Assembly (NCBI RefSeq): GCF_009914755.1
Contig: NC_060928.1
Length of the DNA: 64,000 nt
From: the human T2T-CHM13v2.0 reference genome, Homo sapiens
Strand: one strand, 5' to 3'
This document shows positions 45,125 through 59,182 of this stretch, piece after piece. Position numbers and translations under genes: made by a program. The notes beneath the pieces are model-generated. The model was not told the DNA's origin. It saw nothing but the letters and a program-made list of their open reading frames with translations, and made no database searches. Each line of letters begins with the position of its first letter. Position 1 is the first letter of the stretch.

Positions 45125-45229
45125 CTAGTTCCAAGGCACAGTCTGAGCATTCTGTCTCAAAACAGATGTGATGTTGAATGACAGGATGCCCCTCTTGAGC
45201 AATTATTTGACTGAGAGTCAAAATATCAT
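45125..45229 (-). CDS. Tentative exon A of the minus-strand gene
   Basis: ctcattcag| ... tag|gtattg; 105 bp, phase 1 to phase 1, open: DILTLSQIIAQEGHPVIQHHICFETECSDCALEL; phase-compatible with exon B, but splice sites are weak. Confidence 0.3.
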
Positions 45230-48200
45230 CTGAATGAGTTTAATCCTCTTAGAGTTCTCCTCTACCCTTCTGCTACCCATAAGAAAAGAGCCCAATCTTT
45301 ACCGGTTCTCTCTAGTGTAAAAGCTCATATTTCGTTGACTCATTTTTTTCTAGAAAATTCAAAGAAATAAGGCTTTAGAATGTGAAGAGAGATAAATTTG
45401 TTAATAATACTTGAGAAATGAAATATTTTAATGGCCAGGTCTGGCTGCCAAAAAGGCTGCTTCTGATTTATCTTACATTCTAAACCAAACATACTAAGTA
45501 TCTGAGCATAATCATATTTAATATGCCTTTCCCTTCTCCATTTCAAAGGCAAGATAATCTGTCTAGTATTCTTTAAGAAATACTACAGACAGCAAATATC
45601 TTCTCCTTTTCCCTCGTCTTCTTAAGGAAAAGTAAATAAAATAGAACTTTAGAATATATCCTTATACTCTCTAAAAAATAAACCAAAGCTTCTCCCATTG
45701 GCCTAAGACGCTGTATTAACCTTTAAACTGCCTTCAGTAACGGAAAATAACCCATTAAAGAACAATGCTTAATTCTATCATGTATGCATTTACTTAGTTT
45801 GACAGTTATACCCATTTGCTTCTTTTCTTTCTTGATAAAAAGAAACGACATTCAGCTCTACACTGTATTTCATTACCTTTTTAGCTTTTACAAGCATAGG
45901 GATGTGAACTTCTATATCAAATATACTTTTCTAAAGAAAAGAATTTCCAAAATCATAGGAAACTTCCCAAACTAGTGAAAAATTTACATAAAGTACTTCA
46001 ATATACAATATACTTAGTAGTGCTGAAAGCATTTAGAGTTTAAAATATGCTTTCATGCATTTGAAACACACACTATCTCTATGAAACATTTAAGAAGGAA
46101 ATATCAGAAGCCTAAAAAGTTTGTGCTAGTTGTCTAAAATTGCAAAAATATGAATAGATAGATTTGGGACTAAGATCCAGTTCATGGTTTTAAGACCTGC
46201 ACTTTGAATATTGAATAAAATATGTTGCCACTTATTATTAATATCATTTTAACAATTAAATTAATAATTGAGAAATGACTGTGACTTGGAAGTTTTGCAT
46301 AGAGGTATTGTGTTTTAACAGTAAGTTGTTGATGCTAATAGGAAATTAATAACAATATATGTAAATATACTAGAATCATTATGATTCCTATACTGTAATC
46401 AGGTTGTATTTATAAACTTAGAGAGTTTCAATACCTATCAGACAATTTAGACATTTTTCAAAGCCAAATCAGGGATTTCAATAATATTTGCATTAATACA
46501 AAAAAAAGAAAAAAAAAATCTGTGTTTAGAAACAAAGAACAAACCCACTACAAGTTCCTCAGTCTCATCTCAAAACGTTCCACAAAAAAAATTATTTAAA
46601 AAACTAGTTCAAAGCCATGGCAATTTAATTGCTGTGAGTTTTATAGGTGTCATAAAGCCTCCTGCTATGGAATTTTTAGATCTAATTTTTATTCCTAGAT
46701 AAGAACTGAAAAACAAACTACTTCAAAGCAGCAGCTCAGCTCTATTCACCTTCTTTAGAATGATTTGAAATGATTTAGGACCTTTCAAAATACAGGATGC
46801 TGATGATGCCTATTTTTAAATGTGTGCTTTTCCCATCACGTGGGGCATTTTGTGATTTTATTGCATGACCTTTGGCTGCATCATTGTATGTGTTCTTAAG
46901 CATAGCAATGCTCTTTAAAATGAACACTATTTTCTAAATAAAGACTCTGTTAAATATTCCTATTTTTAAGTAAGTTTTGTTTATTTTATTTTAGACTTTA
47001 ACTGGTTTCCTTACTGAATATGACTATAACCATGAGACTTTAAGAGGCCTGCTGTCCTGTGAATACATATTTTCTGCAAATCCTATAAGTGGTACTCTCT
47101 ATCAGTGAGCTGCATTGTACCAAAAATACAGAAAGTGTAAAAATATTTTATTGGAAAAAACAAATATATATAGAGAGAGAGATAGATCAAGTTCAGAGAT
47201 ACATATAAATTCTGTGTACATTTTCTCTGAGATGTGCTTCAACAAGAAAACTAATTAAATGTAATACAAGTTTGAGTCATTCACTGGCTGTTTTTATTTC
47301 TAGCATAGCAATTTTTGTGAAAGATATTCTTTAAAAATCACAATGTGTTATTTTGTATATATTGTAATTATTTTTATTGAGTCCAAATGAATTGTTAATG
47401 ATGGTGATTATTTAGCTTTAAGACTCTTTATGCTATTTTGTCTTTTACCTCTAAACATATGTGTTTTTAAGTACTTCCATTTTACCATCTTTCTTGTTAT
47501 GTAAAAAATGCCTATAATTCTATAAATACAATTTACAAAGATAGTGCTAAGAGAAATGAAAAACAGTTGGACATATTTTAAATTAAATTTCAAATGTACT
47601 GGCACTTATAGGCTAAAATTCATATCAGATGTACTGACATGGAACTACAGTTATCTCCATTCTACATGATAAAAGAATAGGAATAAAACTAAGATATAAT
47701 TATAACTTAAAAATTTTGGAAATACTTCTGGTTTTCCTTCAAACAGAAAGAAACCTTCAATAAATAACTTCATTGAGATTTTCCTTTTAAAAAGGTATTG
47801 ATTTTGCCCACAATTTGATATACATTATTTTAAAATTTTGTATTACTGCAATAATAGCAGCAGCCACAATAAAAATGGTAAAATCAGCTGCTGCTGCTGC
47901 TGCTACAGAATCCAATGCCTCAGAATATTTTATCTCAGCTGTGTTTCCTCTCTCTCTCTCCCTCTCTTTTTCTCTGCAACTGTTTCTCTCAATTTCTCTC
48001 TCTTTCATTAGGATCCCAGACTTATATAAGGAGCGGATCTTCCTGGGACCATCTTGTAGATGTAAGGAATTTACAAGAACATTGTTGAAGAACTTGTTCC
48101 ATAACTCTTGGATTCACCACCCAAATCAAAGACAGTAAAAGGCATCACAGAGGGTGGAAGAAAATATTGGTTAAAAGAACTATCACTGTTCTATAAATCC

Positions 48201-51200
48201 CTCACTCCATCCATTTAGAGAAAGGTTAGGGGTCTATCCTTTTAACAAGTCTAGAAAGGAGCCTTAGGAAAATGACTTACAGGTTTTGGAAATACATTGC
48301 CCGAACTAACTAGATGCCTAGATAGGATATTGGGATTGGCATGTACTGCCAGACCTTGAAGACTAGAAATGCACAAGTTTTTCTCATAAATCAAATATGT
48401 GTCAGAAGAGATGGAAAACCGTAATAGAATTGTGTTGACTGTTGTCTAATACAGCCATCTAGAGTGGCAAGTGGACATCAGCAGAAAGAGGCTAGATGTT
48501 ACCCAGTTGCTGCAGAGGAGAATAAATAGGTATCTGCCTGGGTCATGAAAATAGAGGTTTAGGAAAGAGCCCCTAGACCCCACACAAGTACACATGAGGT
48601 TCAGTTTTATACACCTGTCAGCCCAGAGGGCTTAAAGCCAACTAATTATTCAATACACGTGGGAACTATTCTCTTTTCCCTGTCCATACTTCCCATCCCT
48701 ATAAAGTCCAAACCACAGCTAAAAGGTGGGGGGAAAGGAGGCAAGGAGAAGCTCAAGTTAAAGGAAAAGAGATAGCAACTACACAATATCCTCTTCACAC
48801 TGCTGGAGAAAGGAAGGAAAAACAAGTGCAGTCGAGTCAGTTTCACAGTTTTGGGATTATAAATGGGACTGGAACATTTTAATCTCTCTTTGGAGGCTTG
48901 TTTCAGGACAAACTGACTACATTGTAACATGGCCTGTTTTCTAAAGGTGGGCAGAAAATTCATGGGCTAGTACTTGCCATTGTATTACTAATAATGTAGC
49001 ATAAAATTGAAGGTGCCTAACTGATTAAAAAAAAATTTGGCCATCACATTGTAATGCTCAGAGGAATGAACAGTGGCACAGGTATAAGTGAGCTGAGCCC
49101 GTGTGAAGAGAAGGGAGGAATCGCTGCATCCTTGCTGTACATTTGCTGCTGTGCACGTGTCTTTCTTGCCTACCTTTGGTTTTCTTCGGTTGTGTTCAAA
49201 GTATCTTCTGGAGTCAACAGTGTCCTGTATTTTAAAGTGCCTAAAATGTTGAAATGTAAACAGGGTAAAGCAACTTTCCCTCGGCTTTACAAAAGCTGTA
49301 ATTGAGAACACTGACCAGAGTGGGCTGGGACTTTAAGGAGTCTGTTTTTCAGAAAATTAAGCAGGAGAGATATATGTGATGTTTCACTCTCAGTTTTGTA
49401 TTTAAAATCTTCATTTAAAATGCTAAGCTGCAATATCATTCATTTTGAGCCAGGAAAAAGAAAAATTGTATTGCCCTTTTATCTAGGCATTCCTGCAGAA
49501 ATGTATTTTTTAAATATGTGTTCTAAAAGGTTTTTTATGCTGCATTACTGCTTTGGCATGTCGCTCTCATGAATTTCAGTGTACCAGATTCTCAGCTCCC
49601 TGAAATGTGGAGACAACAAACTCTAGAATTACAGCAAGGTATATTCCATGAGCACAACACTGCATCATGAACATTTTTAATGGTATGGATTTTATACCAT
49701 CTGTTTAGGTTTGCAAATATGAAATGATTACATTTTAAAATAAGCATTTTTTTATCCTTAATTCTATATGTTTACAAATATATTTTAACTAAATTTCAAA
49801 ACAAAGTTTTAATACCTAAAAAACTTACAGAACTTTTTGAGTTTTTAATCTAGAGGCAAGGGAATATTGTTGCTGATTAAGTTTAAACGGACAGTAAAAG
49901 ACAAAAATCCACACATTGTGCTTTCTTAGCATGTTAGCTACATGTATATCTTCTTAGTTTACCTACTCCGGTAGTGGAAGTAGATAGTATTCCCACTATG
50001 TGAAATAGAAAGTTCCCAGTGTGGTGTCTCACAGAACCTTCCCAAGTCATTTGGTCATCCCTACTTTAATCATTCTGGCCAAGGGATTGTAGTTCTCTGA
50101 CCAAGCATAGATCATTTCCCTATTCAGGAGAAGAGATTCTGCTGTCATAAGAAAGGAGGAAGAGGTAGAAGACAGAAATAGCAAATGTCCATTAAGGTAA
50201 GTATCATCATAACATCCTGAGCATATCAGTGAGAAACTAGAGGCTCAAAAGAACCACAGTTCACAGATGAAAGGAAGAACTTTATTGTATGCAGCTTTAT
50301 GATCTCTCTTGTCCATGGAATCTGTCTAATGGGGATGTTTGTAATGCCCTATAAAAAGTGCTTCTAATAAAATTACTTATAATTTCCATATATTTCGAAA
50401 TTAAAATTAAATTTTTCTCTTCAAGGGATCTCTAAAAATTTAGAGGATCACAAATATAATTCAGATTAAATCATGTAAGAATTTATATTTGAATTAATGT
50501 TACGTACATGTTGAATTCATTTCAAATTCAAACGTCTGTCCCTAAGTGGGTTTATATTAAAGATCATATATACATTTTTATCTTGATTTATCATCAGTAA
50601 AAACTGAGCAAAAATGTATATGTATATATATATTATATGTGTATTTTTGATGTTATACATGTGTATACACATATAACATCATATAATAGGACCATTTACA
50701 GTTCACTAAGCAAATCTTCCATTGAAAAAAGATAATTTTCCTGAGAAGGTTCAGGCTTAAATGCTGGCTAGCTAGGAAGTCCTAATTTTGCTTCCTCAAT
50801 TTTTCCATAGAAAGATATTAAAAATTAAGAAAGAAAATAAAACCAACAAAGCAGTGAAAATTAGGATGAGTGGCCAGGCATCTGTCTGATTTCAAAGGGA
50901 GTGTCTGATAATTAAAGCTTACATGTAGCCACTAAGTGGAATCCTTTAGAAAGAAGGAAATAAATTATGTCAATCAAATCTTAATGCATATTCTTACCTC
51001 AGAGACATGGAACTATCACTAAGTAAAGTAAACAATTCATTGCTTTAATGAGTAACAACAGTGTTCTGTGCAACTCAAAGCCATTCTCTGTTGACCACCA
51101 TTACTACAATTGAGACTACAAAACCAATAATTAACAGGGCTCAAAACAGAATTGTACTGGACATAACAAATTACTAGAAAGAAGCCAGTAGCAGAGGGAA

Positions 51201-53654
51201 ATAAAGGCAAGAGTAGCCATGGGAAGAGTGCACACTTTCTAGGCTATAGTTTTCATGATTACTTCAAATTATCCAAAATTAATTCCAATCTACACAGTCA
51301 CATAGCTGATCAGGAAGTGAAAGCAGGAGATCCGGCACCAGTCCAGCACATCTCACTAAAGTAATGACTAAGTAGCAGAGCCTTTTAGTTTCAGATCAGG
51401 CAGGAACATTGTAATGACCACCGGATATTAGTGAGGCAGAGCAAGTAAGATCAATATACTTGATGACTGGCAAATACGACTATTTCCATTAAACAGTAGG
51501 AACAAAAACAATAACATGCCAGTTATAATATAAATGAAGGAAAATAGTGCAACTGCGTTGTGAGAATAAAAATATTCTTATTGAGTAACTGGAACTACAG
51601 TAAAATAAAAGTAAATTTTAGAAAACACATAGGTGAAATATTTTTCCATTCATAATATAATACTATTTATAAGTATCCACTAAGATATTTTAAAATTTGA
51701 ATTAAAATATTTTCTGGGAAAAAATCAATTCTCAGATAAAATGTAAACATTTATGAAGAATTTTTTTAATGTCATAGAATTTCTGCCTTCACAAGGCTTT
51801 TATCACATAAGAATTTCAAACGTGTGTTTTTAATCTTTCAAATAACAGATAAAGTACAAACTTAACAAATTCATTCATTCTGTGTTACCTACTAGGTGCT
51901 GATAGGCTGCTAGGCACTAATAATAAAGTGGTGGTCAAGAAAACCATGATCCCTAACCTCATGGAAATTGCAAATCTAGTATGTGGAGAGATCACAGATT
52001 CAGAGCACAGAAAACAAAACAAGGAAGCCAGATGATGGTAACACACACACAAAAAAACAGATAAAACTCACCTATGAACAGAGATGCTAATTTGGGAAAT
52101 AAAAATTCCAGTAAACAATATCTAGGCTTTTATAATAAAAGACTATACCAAAAGCAAGTTTGGTTTATTCCAATATTAAAGTTGTGGTATAATATTAAAA
52201 AATATATTACATTTAGGCCAACCATGTGTTTAGCTAAGAAGTAAAATAGATTTAGGAAAGCTAAATATGCAAAAGCAATGACTAGAATTAGCTAGAATTT
52301 GCAGAAAATAAGGTGTCAAAAGTAATAATGTAAGAACTGAGCATTTAAAAATATAGAATAAATAGATCTAACATAGCCTACAATAAAGGTGACATGAATC
52401 AGTGGGGAAAATATGAGTAAATAATCAGTTATGAGACTATTAATTATTTATTACCAAAAAGAAAATTAATTACCTCACAGTACAAAATAAAATAAATTTC
52501 ATATGGATTATAGTTACATGCAAAAAAAGTATAATATTAAAAAGAGGAGAAAATGTAAATGAATATGTATTGAATTTCAGGTTATGAAAGGTCTTTGTAA
52601 GAACAAAAGTAGAAGAAGCACTCACAGAGAGAAAGAGTGAATCTCTGAAATTATGTAAATCATATATTACAAATCAATATAAAATTCAAGTAAGTTATAA
52701 AATATTTGCAAAACATAAGATTACAAATGTTTTAATCTGCTTAATATATCTGAAGGTCTTTAAAAATCAAGAAAAGAATTTAATAATTGAAAAATGGCAC
52801 TAATACATGACTAGACATTTCACATACAAAAAAAATAAAATTGGTTAATAAATATTTAAGAATGGCATCATTATTTATCCCATAATACCACACACTTAAA
52901 CAAGATACATTTTCTTGTTGTAAAATGTGTAAAATGGCAAAAAAAAAAACAAAAAAAAACACAACATGCACACAAAGGAAAACAGAATTGTCAACATTGT
53001 GGATTTTGTGAAACAGAAGGATTCATTTACTGCTGGCCAGAAGGAATCAGTATAACCATTCTAGAAAATAATTCAGCAAAAAAAAGAAAACAAATTGGCA
53101 ATGTATGTAAATTACACTATAAATACTCAGACGATTGACCCTATAATCCTCTTGCAAATAGGTGTACCAAAGTAAACAGTTCTAAATCTTTGGTGTCCTC
53201 TCTCTTCAGCTTGTAGAGGGGAACAGAACGATGAACATATATGGGAAGTTTCAATGGCCTTAGTGTAAAACTGGCATTTTATTACCTCTGACCATACTGT
53301 GGCCAGAAGGCAGTCATGTAGTCTCACTTACAAAGGAGGCTGGGGAATATAGCCCAGGCGTGTGCCCAGAAAAAGGATCAGACAGATTTTAGTTAAGACA
53401 GAGGAAAATCTGCCACACCACGGATCTCAATTATAAGTAGTCAAGTGTAGATAGTGTAAATGCAAATATACTTAACTACACTACAGCATAAATAAAACAA
53501 AAAATAATGAGGGAGCAGTACTCCAAAGTAATAATAAATGATGTCATGAGCCTTAGGACAATGAGTTATTTCAACTATTTATATAATGATAATTAAAAAT
53601 ATATTTTATAATAATAATCCATACTGAGAAAAGTTTACCAAGCCAATTTTAATA

Positions 53655-54162
53655 AACATTTATTTTTTAATAACTTTAAATTCACATAAAAATTGCAAAA
53701 ATAGTACACAGTTCCTGTGTTTGATCTATTACTTCTCCTAATGTTAACATCTTACATACCATTTACCAAAACTAAAAAGTTAACATTGGTACATCACTAT
53801 GGATTAAACTCCAGAATTTTCTTTTTCAACAGTTTTTCCACTAATGTCCTCTTCCTTTTTAAGGATCTAATCCAGAATATAACAGTGCAGTTAGTCAAGT
53901 TTCTTTAGTTTCATCTGGTCTGTCATAGTTCCTCAGTCTTTCCTTATCATGACCTTGGCAGTATTGAAGAGTACTGGTCAGGTGTTTTGCAGAATGTCCT
54001 TCAGTGTGTGATTGCGTGATTGTGTGATGTTCTTATAATTAAACTGGGGTTATGGGTTTTGAGGAAGAATAATAAAAAGGTGAAATGCCCTTATTATCAC
54101 ACTGTATAAGAAAGTACATGATAACTTTATTCTTTGGAAGTGAGCCACTGTCTAGTCATCAC

Positions 54163-54211
<49 letters not shown>

Positions 54212-54640
54212 CACGTGCGTGTGTGTGTATTAGGGAATGGGGGGCATGGTTTACATTCCATCTCCTGGAGGTGGAAGTTTCTATATAGAATATTTAAATT
54301 TTTCTCTATTGACAATTTATCTCTTCTGCTTCATTTGTTAAATCATTAATTTGTGTCAGTCTGAACTGATGTATATTTATTTCATATTATGGATTATACT
54401 CCAGTACAATACAAAAATATAATCTATATTATTATTTATTGCTCAAGTTTCTCCAGTTTTGACCATTTAGATGCTTCTATCCTTTTGAGGTTTTTTTCTA
54501 CCACTTTCTTATTTTCTGGCACTATGTAAGATGCTCTAGATTCATGTTGTATTGCCCAAGTCCTAGAATCAATAATTTTCCCAATGAGCTCTGGCTTATT
54601 TTATTAAAAAATGGTATTTAGAAAATAAGATCTGGGTCAA
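53655..54640 (-). mobile_element. L1MC 3' region with embedded (TG)n (54164-54228)
   Basis: gaagagtactggtcaggtgttttgcagaatgtcc; ggtatttagaaaataagatctggg. Confidence 0.75.
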
Positions 54641-54759
54641 GCCTAGCTTCATCTACAGCTACAACTAATAATGGCTTATTGTTCATTATGGTGAAATAAA
54701 ATATAACATCAATGACAATTAGTTCAAATGAATGTGTATTATGTGTATATACTTGTATA

Positions 54760-56041
54760 CCAGGGGATTTCAAAAAGTTCATGGAAAAAGGGAATCAAAA
54801 GATAAAAATAAAAAATATAAAATTCATTTATTAATATGAGTTCCATAAAGTTAAACTCACTTTTTAAAGTGATAATACCAGCCATTTAGGCCATCCCTAA
54901 AGAACTGAGGGTCCTGTGAATTTAACCATGTCATTGCAGTATTCTCTACATTATTAGCTGAAGAAAAATATGTGCCCTCTAAAGAGATTTTTTTTTTTTT
55001 TAAGATTAGGAAACAAAAAGAAGTCAAAGGAGCCAAATCAGGACTATAAAGTGAATGGCTAAGGATTTTCCATAGAAATTCTTGCAGAAGGAATGAGCAG
55101 GAGCATTGTCATGGTAGAGAAGACTCTCTGGTGAAGCTTTCCCAGTAATTTTTCTGCTAGAGCTTTGGCTAACTTTCTCGAAACACTCTCATATTACACA
55201 GATGTTATCAGTCTTTGGCCCTGCAGAAAGTCAACAAGCAAAATGCCTTGAGCATCCCAAAAAACTGTTGCCATGCTCTTCACTCTTGACCAGTTATCCA
55301 CTTTTGCTTTGACTGGACCACTTCTACCTCTCCATAGTCATCACTTTGTGCTTTACCTTCAAGATCATACTGGTAAAGTCATGTTTCATCTCCTGTTACA
55401 ATTATTCAAAGAAATGCTTCAGAATCCTACTTGTTGAAAATTTTCACTGAAAGCTCTGCTTTTGTCTGCAGCTGATTAGGGTCCAACAGTTTTGATACCC
55501 ATAACATGGAAAGTTTTTGCTCAACTTTAATGTTTCAGTCAGACTTGTGTAAGCTAAACGAATTGAAATGTCTATGGTGTTGGCTATTGTTCCTGCTGTT
55601 GTCAGTCCTTTTCAGTTAGGGTACAAATAAGGTGAACTTTTTTCCTTGCAAATTGATGTGAATACTCTGCCACTACAGTTTTCAACTTCAACATAATCTT
55701 GTTCCTTCTTAAAAGGAGTTCTCCATTTGTAAACTGTGGATTTCTTTGGGGGCACTGTCCCCATTAACCTTTTGTGAAGCATTAATGGTTTCACCATTCT
55801 TCCACTCAAGCATCGCCATAAATGTGATGTTTGTTCTTGCTTCAATTTTAGCAGAATGCATGTTGCTTTGAAAGGGTCTCTTTTTAAACTGATGACTTAT
55901 CTTTTTTAATGCCTCAAACTAGATCTTGTTCAGACATATTAAAACAAGTTAGCATGAATTTATTTGAATGTATTTTTTTAAAGATCCATGCATAGTTTTT
56001 TCAAAATACACATTTTTCATGAACTTTTTGAAAACCCCTCA
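54760..56041 (-). mobile_element. Full-length HSMAR2 mariner DNA transposon, decayed transposase
   Basis: TIRs ccaggggatttcaaaaagttcatggaaaaag / catttttcatgaactttttgaaaacccctca, flanked by TA on both sides; PKKSTVYKW..FKK..SGR HTH (55612-55845); YSPDLAP motif on minus near 55030-55050. Confidence 0.92.
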
Positions 56042-56144
56042 TATGTAGAGAATTAATCTTTGATTTGACAATATATTGGCATTTTTGATATAATAAAATT
56101 TTTCATTTACTAATCTTTCCCATTCACTGTTTTAATGATAGTAA

Positions 56145-56265
56145 TTTTAAAAATTTTTTAGAGACGAAATCTTGCTGTATTGCTCAGGCTGGCCTTGAAC
56201 TCCTAGCCTCATGAGATCCTCCCATATTGGCCTCCTAAGTAGCGAGGATGACTACTGCATCTGGC
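56145..56265 (-). mobile_element. FLAM (free left Alu monomer)
   Basis: gagacgaaatcttgctgtattgctcaggctggccttgaactcctagcctc...gcctcctaagtagc. Confidence 0.75.
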
Positions 56266-56454
56266 TTAATCATAGTATTTTTAAAATCCCAAAACTTACC
56301 ATGGTACATGATATGATAGATACAATATATAATGTATATTTTTACCGATATATCAATTGTTTGTGGCCAGATATTGCAGAAATGTTGGAATGGTTCATGA
56401 ATTTCATTATACAATGAAAAGCTGTGTACCATTGAGCAGACCAAAAATAAAAGA

Positions 56455-56738
56455 TAGTGGCTCACTTCTCTAATCCCAACACTGGGAGGCCGAGACAGGT
56501 GATCACTTAAGGTCAGGAGTTCAAGACCAGCCTGGCTAACATGGCGAAACCCGATCTCTACTGAAAATACAAAAAATTAGCCAGGTGTGGTGGCACACAC
56601 CTGTAATCCCAGTTACTCAGGAGGCTGAGGTAGAAGAATCACTTGAACCTGGGAAGTAAAGGTTGCAGTAAGCTGAGATCACGCCACTGTACTCCAGCCT
56701 GGGTGACAGAGCAAGACTCTGTCTCAAAAAAAAAAAAT
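56455..56738 (+). mobile_element. AluS, followed by (TA)n at 56741-56792
   Basis: Dimeric Alu: ggtcaggagttcaagaccagcctggc...agaatcacttgaacctggga. Confidence 0.92.
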
Positions 56739-56740
56739 AC

Positions 56741-56792
<52 letters not shown>

Positions 56793-58714
56793 ATTTAATA
56801 GTAAGACAAAATAAAGCCATGTTAAGTGCAGTTTTCATGGAAGGTGATATAAAGATGAGATCATTTGGAAAACCATAGAGAAATATGAAGGTTCCTAAAG
56901 AAGTCATGATGATTAAAATATCCAATGTTTTGTTTTTGGAAATATTCCATATTATTTCCTAAATGCTTTTAGTGAGATCAAGAAGAAAAAATATTAAGCA
57001 ATGTAACCTTAATTAGCAAGGAAAGAATGGGATCAATACTTCCTGTCTAACTTTTCATTTCTTTCCTACCAAGGTTTCAACTTTTATACTTCAATTTTCA
57101 TAGGCAAAGTAGCACTAGAACTGTAACTATTCACAACAGATTTTGAAAAATAACATGATTTTGTATCTATCTAGAAACAGAAGGCTTTAGAGTTTCATTT
57201 TCATTGTAACATTCTCTTGGAGACTAGGATATCACTTTTATTTTAGTATTGCTTTTATCTTTTTCTATTTGGCATTATTGGTTTGTTTCTACTCCATTTA
57301 TGCTGGAACTCAGAATTGCATGATAACTGATTATTTAATTTGTTGTTTGTCAAAAACATCACTAGTGATGATGTCAGTATGGCTTGGTTAACTTTGGCTC
57401 AACTATATGTTACATCTAAATTTCCTCTCCCCAAAAAGACTTGAAATTTGTACAATAATGGAGGTTACATTTTAGTGAATTATTTCTTAACAAAATTTAA
57501 CCAATGTATGCCAATGTATATGTGCCCTCTAAAGACCCTTACCAGATTATAAAATAAGCAAGAGGTAAAAATGATTTTGTTTTCAGGAAGAAAGGGGGCA
57601 TATTATTTTAAATTCATGAAGTTTAAAAACATAAATACAATTAATCTATCCTATCAAATTTTCTCAAATTCTAAAAATGCATGCCACTGTATATTGTCCC
57701 AGTATGTTAGTTTATAAAGCTAACTAACCAAATTAGTCTATATTTGTTTCTCTTGTAGCAGAAAATGAAGGCTAGAAAGAATTAGGTAAAATGTGGACAC
57801 TTAACTATATAATTTAAAGTGTGTGTGTGTGTGTGTGTATGTAAATCTAAACTGTTGTTCATGAAGGCAAGGATTTCTGTCTGTTTTGTTTAAAGCTGTA
57901 TACCCAATATCTGGCATTAATTAAGTGCACACATTAATAAATAACAAGCAGAAAAAAGTGTCATCAACCCCATTACAAGCCTAAAAAAAAGGTACATATT
58001 TTATTGTTGGGATTCAATTTTCTGAATTCTTGTAAGAAAAATACTAGCTCTCAGATTGGAAATGTTTTATTCTGTGGCCAAGTTTAAGGTTCAGAATTAG
58101 AATCAATTACATTTCCCTAATATTTAAAAGGAACTATATTTGCCGGGAAGTACACAGGAACTTTCCCACTTTTCTGGAAGATCCACTTGCATTGCAAACA
58201 CTTTTTAAGATTTTATGCTTTGGTGGCGTTAGTAGGTTTGACAGAGATTCAAGGGTTAAGCAGAGACAACTCCCAGAACCAAAATATTTTTTGCACTCCC
58301 TCTCTTTTTTCTCACTAAGTGAAGAACCAGACAGAATAAGGATATGCTAGTAAGATACACAGACTATTCCTTTCCCTTTTCTGAGCAATGGAACTTTCTT
58401 TAAGTGAAAAAGAAAGTGATACACTAGCAAGTTGGCCCAGGAAAGAAATGTGAGTTAGATACCAGCACCGGATATAGTCCAGATAGTGTTAAGAAAGAGT
58501 GCCAGAATAATAGAGGGAGATACATATGCTAGAAACTGGGAAACCCTATACTACATTATGATGATATACATCATAGTCTTTAAGAATAGTGGTTAGATAG
58601 GTCTCTATTATTATTCAGTTTTGTTGAATCAGCATTGATGGCAGTTAATCTTTATTGTAAAAGTCTAGACTTATCAACCAAAGTAAGTAACCCTAAGGAA
58701 CTTCAGCAGAATAT

Positions 58715-59182
58715 ATTTTCCAAAGAGCATCCAACATGCTCTTCTGCAATATGAACTTGTCAATCCTCCACTGAGTTGGAGTTTAACTTCCCTGCCATTG
58801 AATCTAGGGTGGCTTTCTTGGCCTGTCTTACTGATAGAATGTTGCAGACAAGATATTTTGGGACTTCCAGAGCTAAGCTGTAAAAAATCTACAGCTTCTG
58901 CCTGGGTCTCTTAGAATGCGCCTTTTTGGGAAGCTTCCTCTGGTAACCCAGTTGCTATGTTGTGAGAAGCCAGCATCAACTTCCAGTCATGAAAGTGATC
59001 CTTCTTGACTCTGTCAAGTCTTTAGATTATATCAGCTGCAGCTCACATCTTATTGCAACACAGTAGGAAATTCCAACTTCCCAACTGAACCCAGTCAACT
59101 CCCAGAATCATGGGAAATTAAAAAAAAATGTTTTAAGCCACAAAACATTTGAGTTGTTAAATATATAGCAGTAGGTAATAGA
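58715..59182 (+). mobile_element. MLT1 (G/H-like) MaLR LTR
   Basis: ttgaatctagggtggc..; gacttccagagctaag; cccaactgaacccagtcaac.cccagaatcatg; tgttttaagcca. Confidence 0.65.

Noticed and set aside
46749-46809. Possible 60-bp minus exon (ASSASCILKGPKSFQIILKK)
   Set aside because: The acceptor lacks a pyrimidine tract and the phase does not fit exon A.
47787-48138. Poly-Ala ORFs on both strands
   Set aside because: Produced by a short (GCT)n and a (CT)n tract.
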